NCBI GenBank assembly: GCA_013239625.1
Contig: MU053652.1
Coordinates: 6,005,902 to 6,069,901, forward strand
Length of the DNA stretch: 64,000 nt
Reading direction: 5' to 3'
From: Lama guanicoe
Taxonomy: Eukaryota
This document shows, one piece after another, positions 14,183-25,800 of this stretch. The translations under genes and the position numbers were made by a program. The number at the start of each line of letters is the position of its first letter. Positions within the stretch are counted from its first letter, which is position 1. The notes beneath the pieces are model-generated. The model was not told the DNA's origin. It searched no databases and saw only the letters and a list, made by a program, of their open reading frames with translations.

Positions 14183-14843
14183 CAAGGATCACACACTTTT
14201 TCTGCAAAGGGCCAGATAATAAATATTTCGGCATTTGAGGCTAGACAGTTTTCTCTGCAATTACTCAACTTTTTCACTGTAGCCCCAAAGCAGCCAGAGA
14301 TGATACATAAATGAATGGATGAGGCTGTGTTGCAACAAAATTTCATTTACTAAAACAGTGGCAGACAAGGGGAGAGTGGACCGTAACTTTGTCATTCCAG
14401 AAGCATGGTTGGTTTTAATTTTCTTAAACAGATATTGGTGTCATACACATTGGCTTATTAATAATTAAGGCATTTTGCATACACAGTAATTAAATCAGGG
14501 GTTCCCATTCATGTAGAATGTTGCTGTTAAAACTTATTCCACACCATTTTTAAAACTTGAGAATGTTCTTAGTATCTCTGATTTTTTTTTCTTTGCCAGA
14601 GTCATCATGTCATGTGTGTGTGTGTTATTCTTACATATAAGAAAGAGGTGAATATGTTTTTGTATGAATGCTTAACAGGAAATGTCCGTGGAGTTGGCTA
14701 ATTTATATTCACTTTTTATTGTATATAAATTTCTAACATTTTCAGTTCTGTGTCATTTAACTCTTCTTCATTTGAGTAAATTCACTAAGTATTTCTTTAA
14801 GAAACAAAAAAGTGGAATGTGGACCATACTTTGCTAACCCCTG
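14183..14843. mobile_element. MER58/Cheshire-like hAT-Charlie element
   Basis: Contains ttctgcaaagggccagataataaatattt...ctgtagccccaaagcagcc and ends tttgctaacccctg. 8-bp flanks tcctagga / tcctagtg. Confidence 0.7.
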
Positions 14844-14844
14844 T

Positions 14845-15360
14845 CCTAGTGAATAAGCTCAGGATTTTAAAAAGACAGGCTTGATTTCAAATTACAGCTG
14901 TCATTTATGAAATTTGTAACCTTTGCTAAGTTTCTTAGTCTTTCTCGGGAGCTGTTTTCTCGTCTGCAAGTTAGGGATAAAAATACCTGCCTTAAGTATC
15001 ATGAGACTTAAATCAAATCATTTATAAAAACTGTCCAACATAGTGCCTGATTCATATTATGTCTTCAGTAAAGGGAAGATGACATTAATAGTCACTCACT
15101 AATCCATTTGCTCCTTCATTTATTCAGTTAGTTATTTGACAGACATGTAGTGAGTGCCTATTATGAGCCAGACAGTTGGTAGGGTTGAGATCCCATAACA
15201 CGCAATGTCTATCCCTGATCTAAAGAATCAAGTAGTATAGGAGGGAAAATGAACCTATGTATGAGCATTTATAGTGTAAAGAGATCAGTGCTAAGAAAGA
15301 CGTCATAATTCAAAGATGCTTTGAGAACTAGTAAGGGTACATCCAGTTTAGTTGTGAAAC
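14845..15360. mobile_element. MIR (+, ~14845-15075) followed by an L2 3' end (-)
   Basis: MIR core tgtaacctttgctaagtttctta...ctgttttctcgtctgcaag. L2 tail gagtgcctattatgagccagacag. Confidence 0.6.
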
Positions 15361-16425
15361 TTCCTGGCTTTGAATGATGGTCTTTATACTTAGAGCAGTT
15401 GCTAATTTATTTCTCCATATTGGGTTTAGGGTAGCTCATAAAATCCAAGTAAAACATATTCATAAAGTGGGAGGAGGGTAGATTACCCAAGAGAATTGAC
15501 TATAAATAATAAATGCAGTGAATAAAGGAGGAAAGAACTAAATAATCTTCCAGGTTAAAAAAAATTGTCTTTGTGAAATACCTGCCTGGATACTAAATCA
15601 TTTTTGATTAGAAATATGGATTTGGGGAAAGGGGTCACCATTCATAAAACCCTGAATTTACTGTCTGAAAGGGCTCTTCCTGGATCTGCCTCTTAAGAAT
15701 TCGTGTCTAGCAACTGAAAGTGAACGCAAGTCAACGTGACGCCTGGAAGTCCATGTACTCAGGCATGAGACAAGGAGCCCACTCTGTCACAAGTGGGTTC
15801 AGTTTGGAGGAAACTCTTCAAGTCTCCAAGTCTTTGCATTTCAGCCTAGCTTTTCTTTCCCCTGATAAGGAACAGGTGCTGGGATTAAATGTATGCATGG
15901 TGCTTTATGTACAGTTTGCAGTCTCACGGGAACATGTCACTGTCACGGGTGCATCCGTAGCTGTGGGACCACTGGGGGAGCAGCTCTGGTAGACTCAGCT
16001 CCCGTGATGGGCAGATAACTGGAGGTGGGCAGCAGCTTTCAGGGGGTAGGGGCTACAGATGGTGGACGGCTCTCCAAAGCAGGCAGAGCTGGTGGAGAAG
16101 AGCAGTGGCGAGAGCAACTTTTGTAAGTAATGAAAACCTGGTGTGGAATCCTAGAATAACAGGGGGAATTTGTCGGGGACTGACTGTTCTGCACAAGAAA
16201 CTGCTCAAGATGAGGCATAATAAATCACAGGCATCAAGAAGTCAAAGAACCACTGCCTAAACATTTTCTCTACTGCTCACTGTTCCTTCAAATATTTCTA
16301 AAGTACTTATGTATTACTTCCAGAATCACTTCTCATTAAATTCTAAAAATAAATGTTTTTTTCTTGTTTTAAGCAATCATATAGGTGAAATAAGGAAAAG
16401 ACTGTAGTCTAACTCAGAAGCATGC

Positions 16426-16460
16426 ATGTGTCTGTGTGTGTGTGTGTGTGTGTGTCTGTG
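16426..16460. repeat. (TG)n microsatellite
   Basis: Read directly. Confidence 0.9.
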
Positions 16461-19400
16461 AGAGGGTTTGTAGGAACTAATAAGGGTGAATTGATAATAC
16501 AAAGAGGAACAAACATTCCAGATGTCAGATGACTGTGCTCTTTTGAAAAGCACTGAGGGTGTCGCTCATTACCACAAATGGTACCTGAGTATTACCAAAA
16601 AGTTGGAGGAAACAAATATTTACGGGATTGGTAATCCTGCATCTTCCTAAGCAAAGCACACTGCTAATAATGTTAGTCGGCATTATACCGGGGCAGATAG
16701 AAAATGATAAACTGGGTATATTAGTGATAAATAGGTGACTCACAGGCATTATAAATCTATATCACTCCTTCCTTAATTTGCATTATTAAATAGATTGTAT
16801 CGTATGGCAAGACCACATTATCGGAAAGAAATAATTGGAAAAATACACATACAAATATTAATATATCTATAGGTACTGCATTTCCTCAATTTGGTTATCA
16901 TCTGTTGCAAAATAAATTTGATTTAATAATCATTTTTCTGGATCTAAAAGGTATTAAAGATACATAATAACTCAAAAGCAAGTTCCACTTATTTGGAAAC
17001 TTCAGTATGTTGGCCGTAAGTGCTTTGATCCAGGAAATGTGGGTTGTATATATTGTCAGCATTCTCGCTGAAGGATGAGCAGACTGGCCAGACAGGACTG
17101 GAGGTGAGCTTATAAACTAAGTAGACAGTCTTCTACTGACAATCTCATTGTCAGTGTGCAATAAATAACCACCAATATATAGTAGAGGATATGCCAGTTG
17201 TACCTTAAGAATCTTTGGTTCCAGTCCAGTTATGCATCTCACTGGCTACGCGACCTGGGTTGAGCCTCCGATACATTAAGTCCCATCTTAAACAGACCCT
17301 CTGAGAGAAATAGCCCCTGGGGATATGCACTGGGCTTTATCACCTTGTCTGTACTCTTTCAGCATCTCCTACTTCTCACTTACAGCCATTACAACAGTTA
17401 TAATTAAATTACTCGTATAATTTTGTATTAATTACACAGTCTCGTGTGAATCTCATTCATCACTGTATTACCAGCTTCTACTTCAGTGCCTGGCATATGG
17501 CTGATGCTCCAATTATATTTATTGAGCAAATAAAATGATTTCAATCTCTAGGCACCTGTGTTTCCATCAGTAAGATGAGAACATTACATTAAAAGATCTC
17601 AGCAGAGCCCTTCTTGCCCTAAATTCTGTGATTAATTTTATTTTAATGCATCCTCTTTAAAATTTTATATCAGGGGAAATTCTAGGTTTTAATTATAAAT
17701 CGTTTGTCCATGTATCCAAAAACAACAGTAGGTAGAAGAATATCAGTTTGGGAAAGATTTCCTGTAGGATGCACTTTACATATGATAATTTTAGAGGTGT
17801 AAAAATTAGCTGTTGAACTAATGAAGGAAAATGGGCTAGCAGAGTGTTATCTATTGCACTGTAAGCCCCTTAAGGGGAGGGACCATGCTTTACTCATCTT
17901 TTTTATTTCTAATTTCTGGTATAGACCCTGGCACATAATCTTCATTGAATCAATAGGGGAGGTTGAGTAAATAAAACAGAAGGAAAAAAGCTAGGAAACA
18001 ATGTGATGGAGAGCCTTGTAGCAGAAGCCTTGGGAATTTGAAGCAAAAACAGGACTAGCTAAAGGTACTCAGGTGGGAAACATTAATGAGAATGCTTTCC
18101 AGCGTTGCAAAGACTTTCTGAATATAAAAAACAGTTTTCAAATTGTTAGTTAAAATTGTGTTTTTTATCATCTACATTGAAGACAGAGGAGGAGACCTCG
18201 CGCTTGACTCCACCATGAGTCAATTTTGAAAAGCTCTTTCTATCCCTGGAATTCAGATACTAGATGCAGCCATCACCGGACCTGAGAATCAGTGAAAAAG
18301 AAGGCAGCAGCCAGCACACTGAGAAGACATAACATTTTCCGAGTAGCTGAGTACCTCTTAAGGGAAGATCACTTACAGAATAAAAGTTGTTGAGCCTTTT
18401 TGTTTGTTTGTTTGTTTTTGTTTGTGTTTTTTGATAGAGTACTTCTCAGGAGTGCTCTTAGTTTATCAGAAAGAGGAGAACCATCGGTTAAAAGTGCCTT
18501 AAGAAGCTCGGATAAAGATATTCCCCTCTCAGTGCATTGCTATTTTTCCTCCCTTTACCTGGAGAATCTTTCAGGACCGACACATTTTTCTTCCTAACTT
18601 CACATAAATATAACACTCAGTGGCTCTTTAGGACTGAAAAGCAGGATTTACTCAACAATTTCAGGAGGACCAAAGATACGTCAGAATCGGACTCTACCAT
18701 GATATTGTTTGTTTTCTTTGAGATCATGGCACCAGTCTATGCCTATGTATCGGCTCTTAACACATAACGATATGTCTTGAAAATAAAAAACAGAATGGAA
18801 AGAACAGAAGTCAGTATTTATTTATTTATTGTTTTAGGTCTATGTAAGTCCTGTCCCCACAAGCAGGTTTCAAAGAGAAGTGATCAAATCACAACGTTAA
18901 ATATGAAATCTTAGGGTTGTTCATTTTGAGTTTCACCAATGTTGCTGCTTCAAACCAGTGACACCCACTACTATCTTTATCAAGGAAAAAAATCAGTGCA
19001 TCAATTAACTGGTTTAGTTTTGATCTTCTCTAAACTTCTAAGGCTTGTCCTTCTAGTGCCTGAGATGAGCGGCTTGGAAGCTCCTTTTTTCTTCTCGTAA
19101 CTTGAAGATAGAAGGCTTGACCCGTGTCAATCCGTGGGTTTATCACATCAATGTACTCTAGCGCTCTGCCTAGAAATGTGACCAGAACGCCGATTCATCT
19201 ATTTTTTTCTTTTTTAGTTATGTATCCTGACCCAGGTTTTGTGCTCAGGTATGTACAAACCTAGTGGCAATTGCTAGGTGACTTTACCTATGTAGTTTGG
19301 GTAAATGGTCAGTGTCTGTTCTTGTTGCTATGGTAACCTGCTCAGATTAAATGATGTTTCAACATGTCGGGGGTCACATGACCCTCCTGAGCAGACCAGC

Positions 19401-20854
19401 TGTGCCTCTCTTCTTTATTATACTTAATTACATTAAATTATAGTCGTTTTTTATTTTTATATTGTGAGTTCTTGGGGGCCAGCAACTACGTCTTAATTCT
19501 TTCCTCAGTATCTAATGGAGCATAGCACCTGGTATATTTCCTAGAAATCTACCTTTGATCTACTCAGCAGTCTGATTGTACATAACTGATGTGAAGCTGG
19601 CACCACGGAGATTCTTTGAATATAGACACAAACTTATAGATACAAATTTGAGGTGCATGAGCACCCACCACAGGAAGACAATGTACCCTCTTATTTAAGG
19701 GAGAAAAAATCCCAAAGAGGTCACAGAAAATGCTATAACCTGCGTTTAAGGATTATGACTAGGGAAAAAAACACTGCCTTTCTATGCCTCAGTTGTTATG
19801 ACACAGACAGGGATAAATCTACTCTGTTGCTATTTGGAGTTTATCAAATGTCTGGTAAGCAGTACAGTCGCTCTGTAATATAGATTTTGTTGAGTCTGAA
19901 GCATGAGTAGGAGAAGGAAATAAATGGGGAGAGGCTGGCGAGTTGAAAGATGGAGAGACTGAACTGTGGTATTTGAGTTAGGTAGAAATGATGCTCCACC
20001 TGAGTGCAGTTGATATTGCAGTGAATCAGTTAACAGGCTGGAGGACAAAGGTCTGTATTGATACATTTAAGTTCTTTATTCCCTGTGCAGTATCAGTGAA
20101 GAAGGCTAATAGAATGCCAACTAAGATTAGGGGAAATATTAATAATATGTAATACTTTTCCAGAGCATCTCATAAAGCCAAAGACACTCTGAGTTGGAAA
20201 GTATTTTAGAGGTCATGCAGTCTACTTTTCCCACTAATATCTCTTTAAACTTTTATGTTCAAGACACACTTCTGCATGTTAGAAAGTGGCAGGATTAAAG
20301 CACTCAAGTTAATATCTACCATGACAAATTTGAAAAGCATGCGCTTACCCTTTCAAAAGGCAAAACACAGTGGCAACCCATACTGTGTGTCCAACAGCCC
20401 ATGCAAGCTCCCCCCTCTTCTCTGTAAAGATGGTGGGAGGATGGCAGGGCCATGTGTTCTTTTCTTGCTGATCCCATCTTTGGTCTTTGTAAGTTTCCCC
20501 AGTAACGACTTCTCCTTGTGTGACATTGTAGAATTTGTCCCCAGTCCTGGTACATATCATGGCTATCTCCAAGGGACCCATCTTGCAAGACAGCCCTGTA
20601 TATCCTATAAAGTTCATTATATCTCCCTTGAGATCTTTTCCCTAAATTGTCCAAGTATGTTGGAGGTACACCCAATCCACAGAGGGCATGAATTCTGCTT
20701 CCGATAGCAGGTGCAGAAGAAGGCAGAAGTGTGACAGTCTATCCTTGTTGCCTCTTGTGGACACATGTTGCTCGTGGGTCCTGACCTCTGCCACAATGAT
20801 GCCCTTGCTGGTCTGGATGCTGTGATAGCACAGTGGCACATAGGGCTATTTACA

Positions 20855-21017
20855 TGTTATTATTATTATTGTTATTATTATCATTATATTTTAAATATAA
20901 TATTTTATATTATATATTTTTATATATTATATTTTTATTTTATGTTATTTTATAATTATATTGATATAATTATTATAACAATTATGATTATCATTGTTGT
21001 TATTTCCATTATTATTA
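20855..21017. repeat. AT-rich (TAT)n low-complexity tract
   Basis: Read directly. Confidence 0.85.
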
Positions 21018-21389
21018 GTTCACAGTCCTTTACTTCTAACCCTTGAGGTCTGATTTATTTTTTGAAGTTCCTACTATCAGATTTTTAATTAAAAGGCAAT
21101 GTGGAGATAAATGGAGATATGTAATATCCCCAATGGGGCATAGGGCCGAATACCATAATTAAGCAGATGAATATTTCTGCAAACAAACATGTGAATATGT
21201 ACGCTTGGTTGGAATAGGTGACAACTACAGACGGCCTCTTTCTCTTTACTTTAGGTCAGGATTTGGCAACAATTGAGTTAGACATCTTTCGGTCTACCTT
21301 TTTGAATTTCAGAACTGCAGGTAAAGGATTGCAGATCTGTTATTATTACTGCTATTGTATCTATTATTCTTTTTTTAAATGACTGTTGT

Positions 21390-22590
21390 AATTTGCTATC
21401 CTGATTATTCCCTGCCTGGTTCCCAGTTTGCCATTATGTTGCTTAAGCTTGAGGTTCCTGGGATAGAACACGTTATTTTGGGTGTGACATGCTGGGCTCC
21501 AGTTAGAATTGATATCTCACCCTCTTGGTGTTGATATTAATGCTTTTGTAGCCAACTCACCACACTATGATTTTCAGTCAACAAGACCTGTATTTCTTTT
21601 TTCATATGTGCTACTACATAATCTCATGTTCTCTCTTATTTTTGTGCAATTGGTTTTCAGAAAATAAATTTCTCCCTGTGAAATTGTTTCTCCCCATGAA
21701 ATTTAATTTTTAAGCCTTGGCTCTTTTTTCCTTGTCTGATGAGATTATTTTAGATCCTGACTCTGACATCTCAGTACCTGCTATTGCCATTCATCAGATG
21801 TAAGTTTGATCAGCATGTCTTAATCCAATTTGGTGAGAAAAATATTGAAAAGGACAGTGCCAAGGGCAGAGTTAATGTTGCTCATTAGCGAATATTAGTC
21901 AACACTATTCGGGATAGTCATCCAACCAATTAAAATCCATCAAACTGTATGACAATTTACATTTCCATCTTTGTCTCTAAGACTATCAAGATCTTTGTGT
22001 GAAGTCTTGTTAAAATCCTCATTCATTCTGCCAACAGAAACCCAGAGCATGTACTATAGGAGCCTGGAAAAAGAAGGAATTAAGGTGGATCTCACTTCAT
22101 TTAGTCTTCATGAACCCATGTTCCCTCTTAGTGGTTGCTTTTTCTCTCTCAAAGTCATCACAAAAATCTGTACAATAATCTGTCCCTCAGATTAGCAAAT
22201 CTATATTCTTTGGTCTAGACATAACAACATATTCTTTCTTTCCACATTTGAAAACTAGAACATATGCTCATCTCAGTGTTTACAGCACTAATTCTGCTCT
22301 CCATAGATTCTCAAAGATTATTGAAAATGATTAAATGCGAAATACCCTTGGCATTCTGCTATATGTTAAAAATGAACATATAATTTATCATCCAGATGAA
22401 GATGTTTTTAAAAGAGAAAGGAGGCCTATTAATAAGTATGCCAGAAAGTCAGGCATAAACTAGGACCATTGCAGGCAAACCAGAATGTTCACCAATAAAT
22501 GAACATGGCTGAGGGTCTTCAATTCATTCAGAGTTAGGAAGTGTCTGTTACAATCTCCTCACCTGGCAAGCTTCATGCCAGTGTTGGCTC
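21390..22590 (-). mobile_element. L3/CR1 LINE RT remnant
   Basis: Minus-strand CR1-like RT motifs, e.g. plus-strand aagtttgatcagcatg, ttgaaaaggacagtgccaagggcagag and gtcttcatgaacccatg (HGF.K motif). Confidence 0.7.
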
Positions 22591-22597
22591 TAACCGG

Positions 22598-22806
22598 TTT
22601 TTTTTTGTGGGGGAGGGTAATTAGGTTTATTTATTTATTTTATTTTTAGTGCAGGTACTGAGGATTGAATCCAGAACCTCGTGCATGCTGAGTGCGTGCT
22701 CTACCACTGATTTTTTTTTTTAATGGAGGTAATGGGGAATGAACCATGAACCCAGGACCTCATGCATGTTAAGCATGCACTCTACCACTGAGATATAACC
22801 CCCCAA
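22598..22806 (-). mobile_element. Two nested or tandem camelid-type SINE copies
   Basis: Two SINE bodies, each containing ctctaccactga, separated by a T11 tract at 22711. Confidence 0.85.
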
Positions 22807-24559
22807 CCGCAGCCCTAACTATCTTTAATCAACACTTGTCCAGGACAGAAGAGAATGGGAAGCAGAGACTCTCCAAACTAAACATTCACAAATCATTCCC
22901 TCTGTGAGGAACAAAGACATTTGCCTTTCCAGCCCTTCCCTGATCTGAATGGCCTGTGAAAAAAAGAGGAGGAGGAAGAAGATGAAAAGGAGAATATATT
23001 TCCTGCCATGTATTTTTCTCAAGCCTTTGTTTATTATGTACTTTCGCTTTTCCAACTCTGTATTTTACAAATATTTTCCTCTTTACTATGTGTACTTCTA
23101 TCGTGAGCACAAATTCTCATAAAATTTGATGTCATCACAGATTCCTACTGATCTCTTTAGATATGCCTTCCCATCCTTTTCTTTTAAAAAAATTATTTGT
23201 AGAAGAAAAACTGAAAGTTCTTTTTGAATAGCCTAATAAATCTCCTGAGCTTTTTTCCATTCCAGAACCTCAGCTGTGGTTACATCTTTTCCTTTATTGG
23301 AACTCTCTGAATGCTCCCTTCCTGACTTCTATACATCTGATTAAACTTAGCGTTCCTCTCCCTAGCTCTCACGAGTCTTAAGATGTCATAGACTCTTTTT
23401 CCTATGGTTTTTGTCATTTTCACACCCCTCAATCTACTTGATGGCCAGAATTTATTTGAAAAGTAGCAGTTTTCTTCATTGCTTATTCTATCTTCAGCAT
23501 AATTTACACATTTCTATTTAAAGATCCCTTTTCAGTTTTATTTTCCTTTCAGCTTTCCAATCCCTGGAGAAAGTAAAAGAACCCAAAGAACTGGTTCCAA
23601 AATATAAATTTAGAGTAATTTGGAAAGTCTTACGGTATTGATTGTGAAATAAAAACCAAGGAGAGTAGGAATATGGACATGGCATTTTAGCAATCAATGA
23701 CCAGGTCTTTCCAGTGATCTGTCAAAACATATGCTTTGTGTACAGAACTGTGGAATTATTATAAATTGGAGATGGGGCAGAAATCAGCCCACTATAGAAG
23801 ATATGGGAACTTTCTCTCATTCAAATGGCATATACTGATTTGAAGCAAGTTGCTGAGGAGCTCTGTTTTTGTTCTTCTATTTCTATGGGGGGATTTTAAG
23901 TCTGCTCTCTTGGAAGGAGTAGTGTGTCAGGAACCATTCTGGTGGCCCTGTCTTCCCATTTCATTAGCTTCCTGCTCAGCAAGAATGATGCCTAACCAGA
24001 TAAGTGAGGCAAGTAAAACGCTCATAGCCACCAACCTGCAGGGCAGAGGCACTAGGAGGAAAAGGTGGCACGTGGACTACCCGTTCTGAGGCTCTGCTGG
24101 TTCTTGGTTTCTCTTGTGGCAATGGATGAAGCAGGGTCAGCTTGGGTTGGCTGACCATTGTCCTGTGATGCGTCAGCATCCAGCGGGTCCCTGAGGCTCA
24201 GTTTAGGGAATGGTTTGGGGAAGTTCAATGTATTCTTCAATCTGGTCTTTACAAAGATGCTTTTAAAACCTGATTTTTAAAAATAGTTGGTACTGACCTT
24301 TGTATACTTTACTGGACAGAACCTAGGAAATGATGAGGGTTAAGGGAAAATTTAGACAGAAAAATTGACCTTGGACTTCCTCTACAATTGTCAGAGGGAG
24401 CACTTGGAGTGTTCTTTAGAGGAGGAATATTTTCATATACTTTTGTTAATTCCCTCCTGGAGCTTTAACCAGAAGTTTTGGCAGCCTGATTAGTCGAGGG
24501 CATTTTCCAAAAAAAGAATAATTATGGAGGGGTAATTGCACTAAAAGTAATTAAAACAT

Positions 24560-25800
24560 TATTCAGCCATACTGATTTTCATATTGTAGCAGTGTTGCAT
24601 TACTAGCCAGGCAGATGAATGGACTTCAATAAAAAGTCTAGAAACATATTCAAACACCTGTAGTCATTTAGTATGTAATAGTGGTGGTATTTCAAATTAG
24701 TGGGACACAATATGAATTATTCAAAATATAGTGTTGGGACAAATTTGGAAACATTTGAATTTAAGTTCATTTTTATTGTATTCGGCACAACAATGTTCAT
24801 TTGTAGGGAGTTAATCTCTAGAGTTTGTAGGGAGTAGCAGGGAGTTAATCTCTAGAGTTTATTGAGTACTTATTACATGCCAGGCACTAAGCCATGTACT
24901 TTACATGGATTATCCCACTTAACTACTTTTATGCATCCTACTAGGTAGATGCTAATGTTAGTCCTATTTTATGATGAGGAAATTAAAACACAGATCAGAT
25001 GACCACTGAGATCAGGGGAGGCAAATTAGGGTACAGGGTTAAGGTGAGGGTTAGGAATAGCTTCCAACCTGTAAGCCCAAAGCTCATTCCACCTGAAAGA
25101 ACTAGATGAGACCACTGGTAAAGGTGTACATATAGTTGTAGCACAGAAGAGACCTTTCCAAACTTGACACCAAGAACAAAAACCATGACGGAAAATATTT
25201 ACATAAACATTTAAAGTCTCCTATATGTCAGAAAACATGATTAATGGGAAAAAAACAAGTCAATGATATTTTAAATATGTATGACACAGGATGGATTAAT
25301 ATATTTAATATGTAGACGGCTCTCTGGAAAAAATGCTTCAGGAAAATAAAACGGACCCTAGACTTGAAGGCAATACACAAAAGAAATGCAAGTATCCCAA
25401 AACATTAAAAATGATCAATCTTATCAGTGACCAAGTAAATGCAAGTAAAACCAAGGATATTAATTCACTTTATTTGAAATAGGGGTAATTTGAAGACCAA
25501 ACTTTCTAACTTTAGAAAATTTACTTAAAGTCATAGAATTTCATGCAACTTTTAAAATAATGTTTTAAGATTATCATGAAATGGCAGATATACAACATGT
25601 TGACAAGTAAAAAGAAAGTATTAGGGTCCCAGTTTTATTCATAAACAAAGCACAGATGTACGAAAGAGTAAAGCCTTGTATGTAATACACTAGACTGTTG
25701 GAAGTGGTCATCTCTAAGTGAAAGGTTTAAGGTTGACTATTTCTCTTTTTAAAAAAAATTACTCCTATTTTCCAAATATTCTGTAATGTACCTCTGTCAC
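24560..25800 (+). mobile_element. Decayed L1ME with a MIR (-) inserted at ~24860-24995
   Basis: MIR tttattgagtacttattacatgccaggcac...ctattttatgatgaggaaatt, flanked by L1ME-like A-rich sequence. Confidence 0.5.

Noticed and set aside
17135..17155. Perfect 9-bp hairpin actgacaat-ctc-attgtcagt
   Set aside because: Expected by chance in 64 kb.
20255..20841. Overlapping 74-150 aa ORFs on both strands, possibly a retrocopy
   Set aside because: No recognisable protein, poly(A) or TSD. A BLASTX search would settle it, but nothing supports a call.
24800..24860. 22-bp local duplication agggagttaatctctagagttt
   Set aside because: Ordinary microduplication at a repeat junction.
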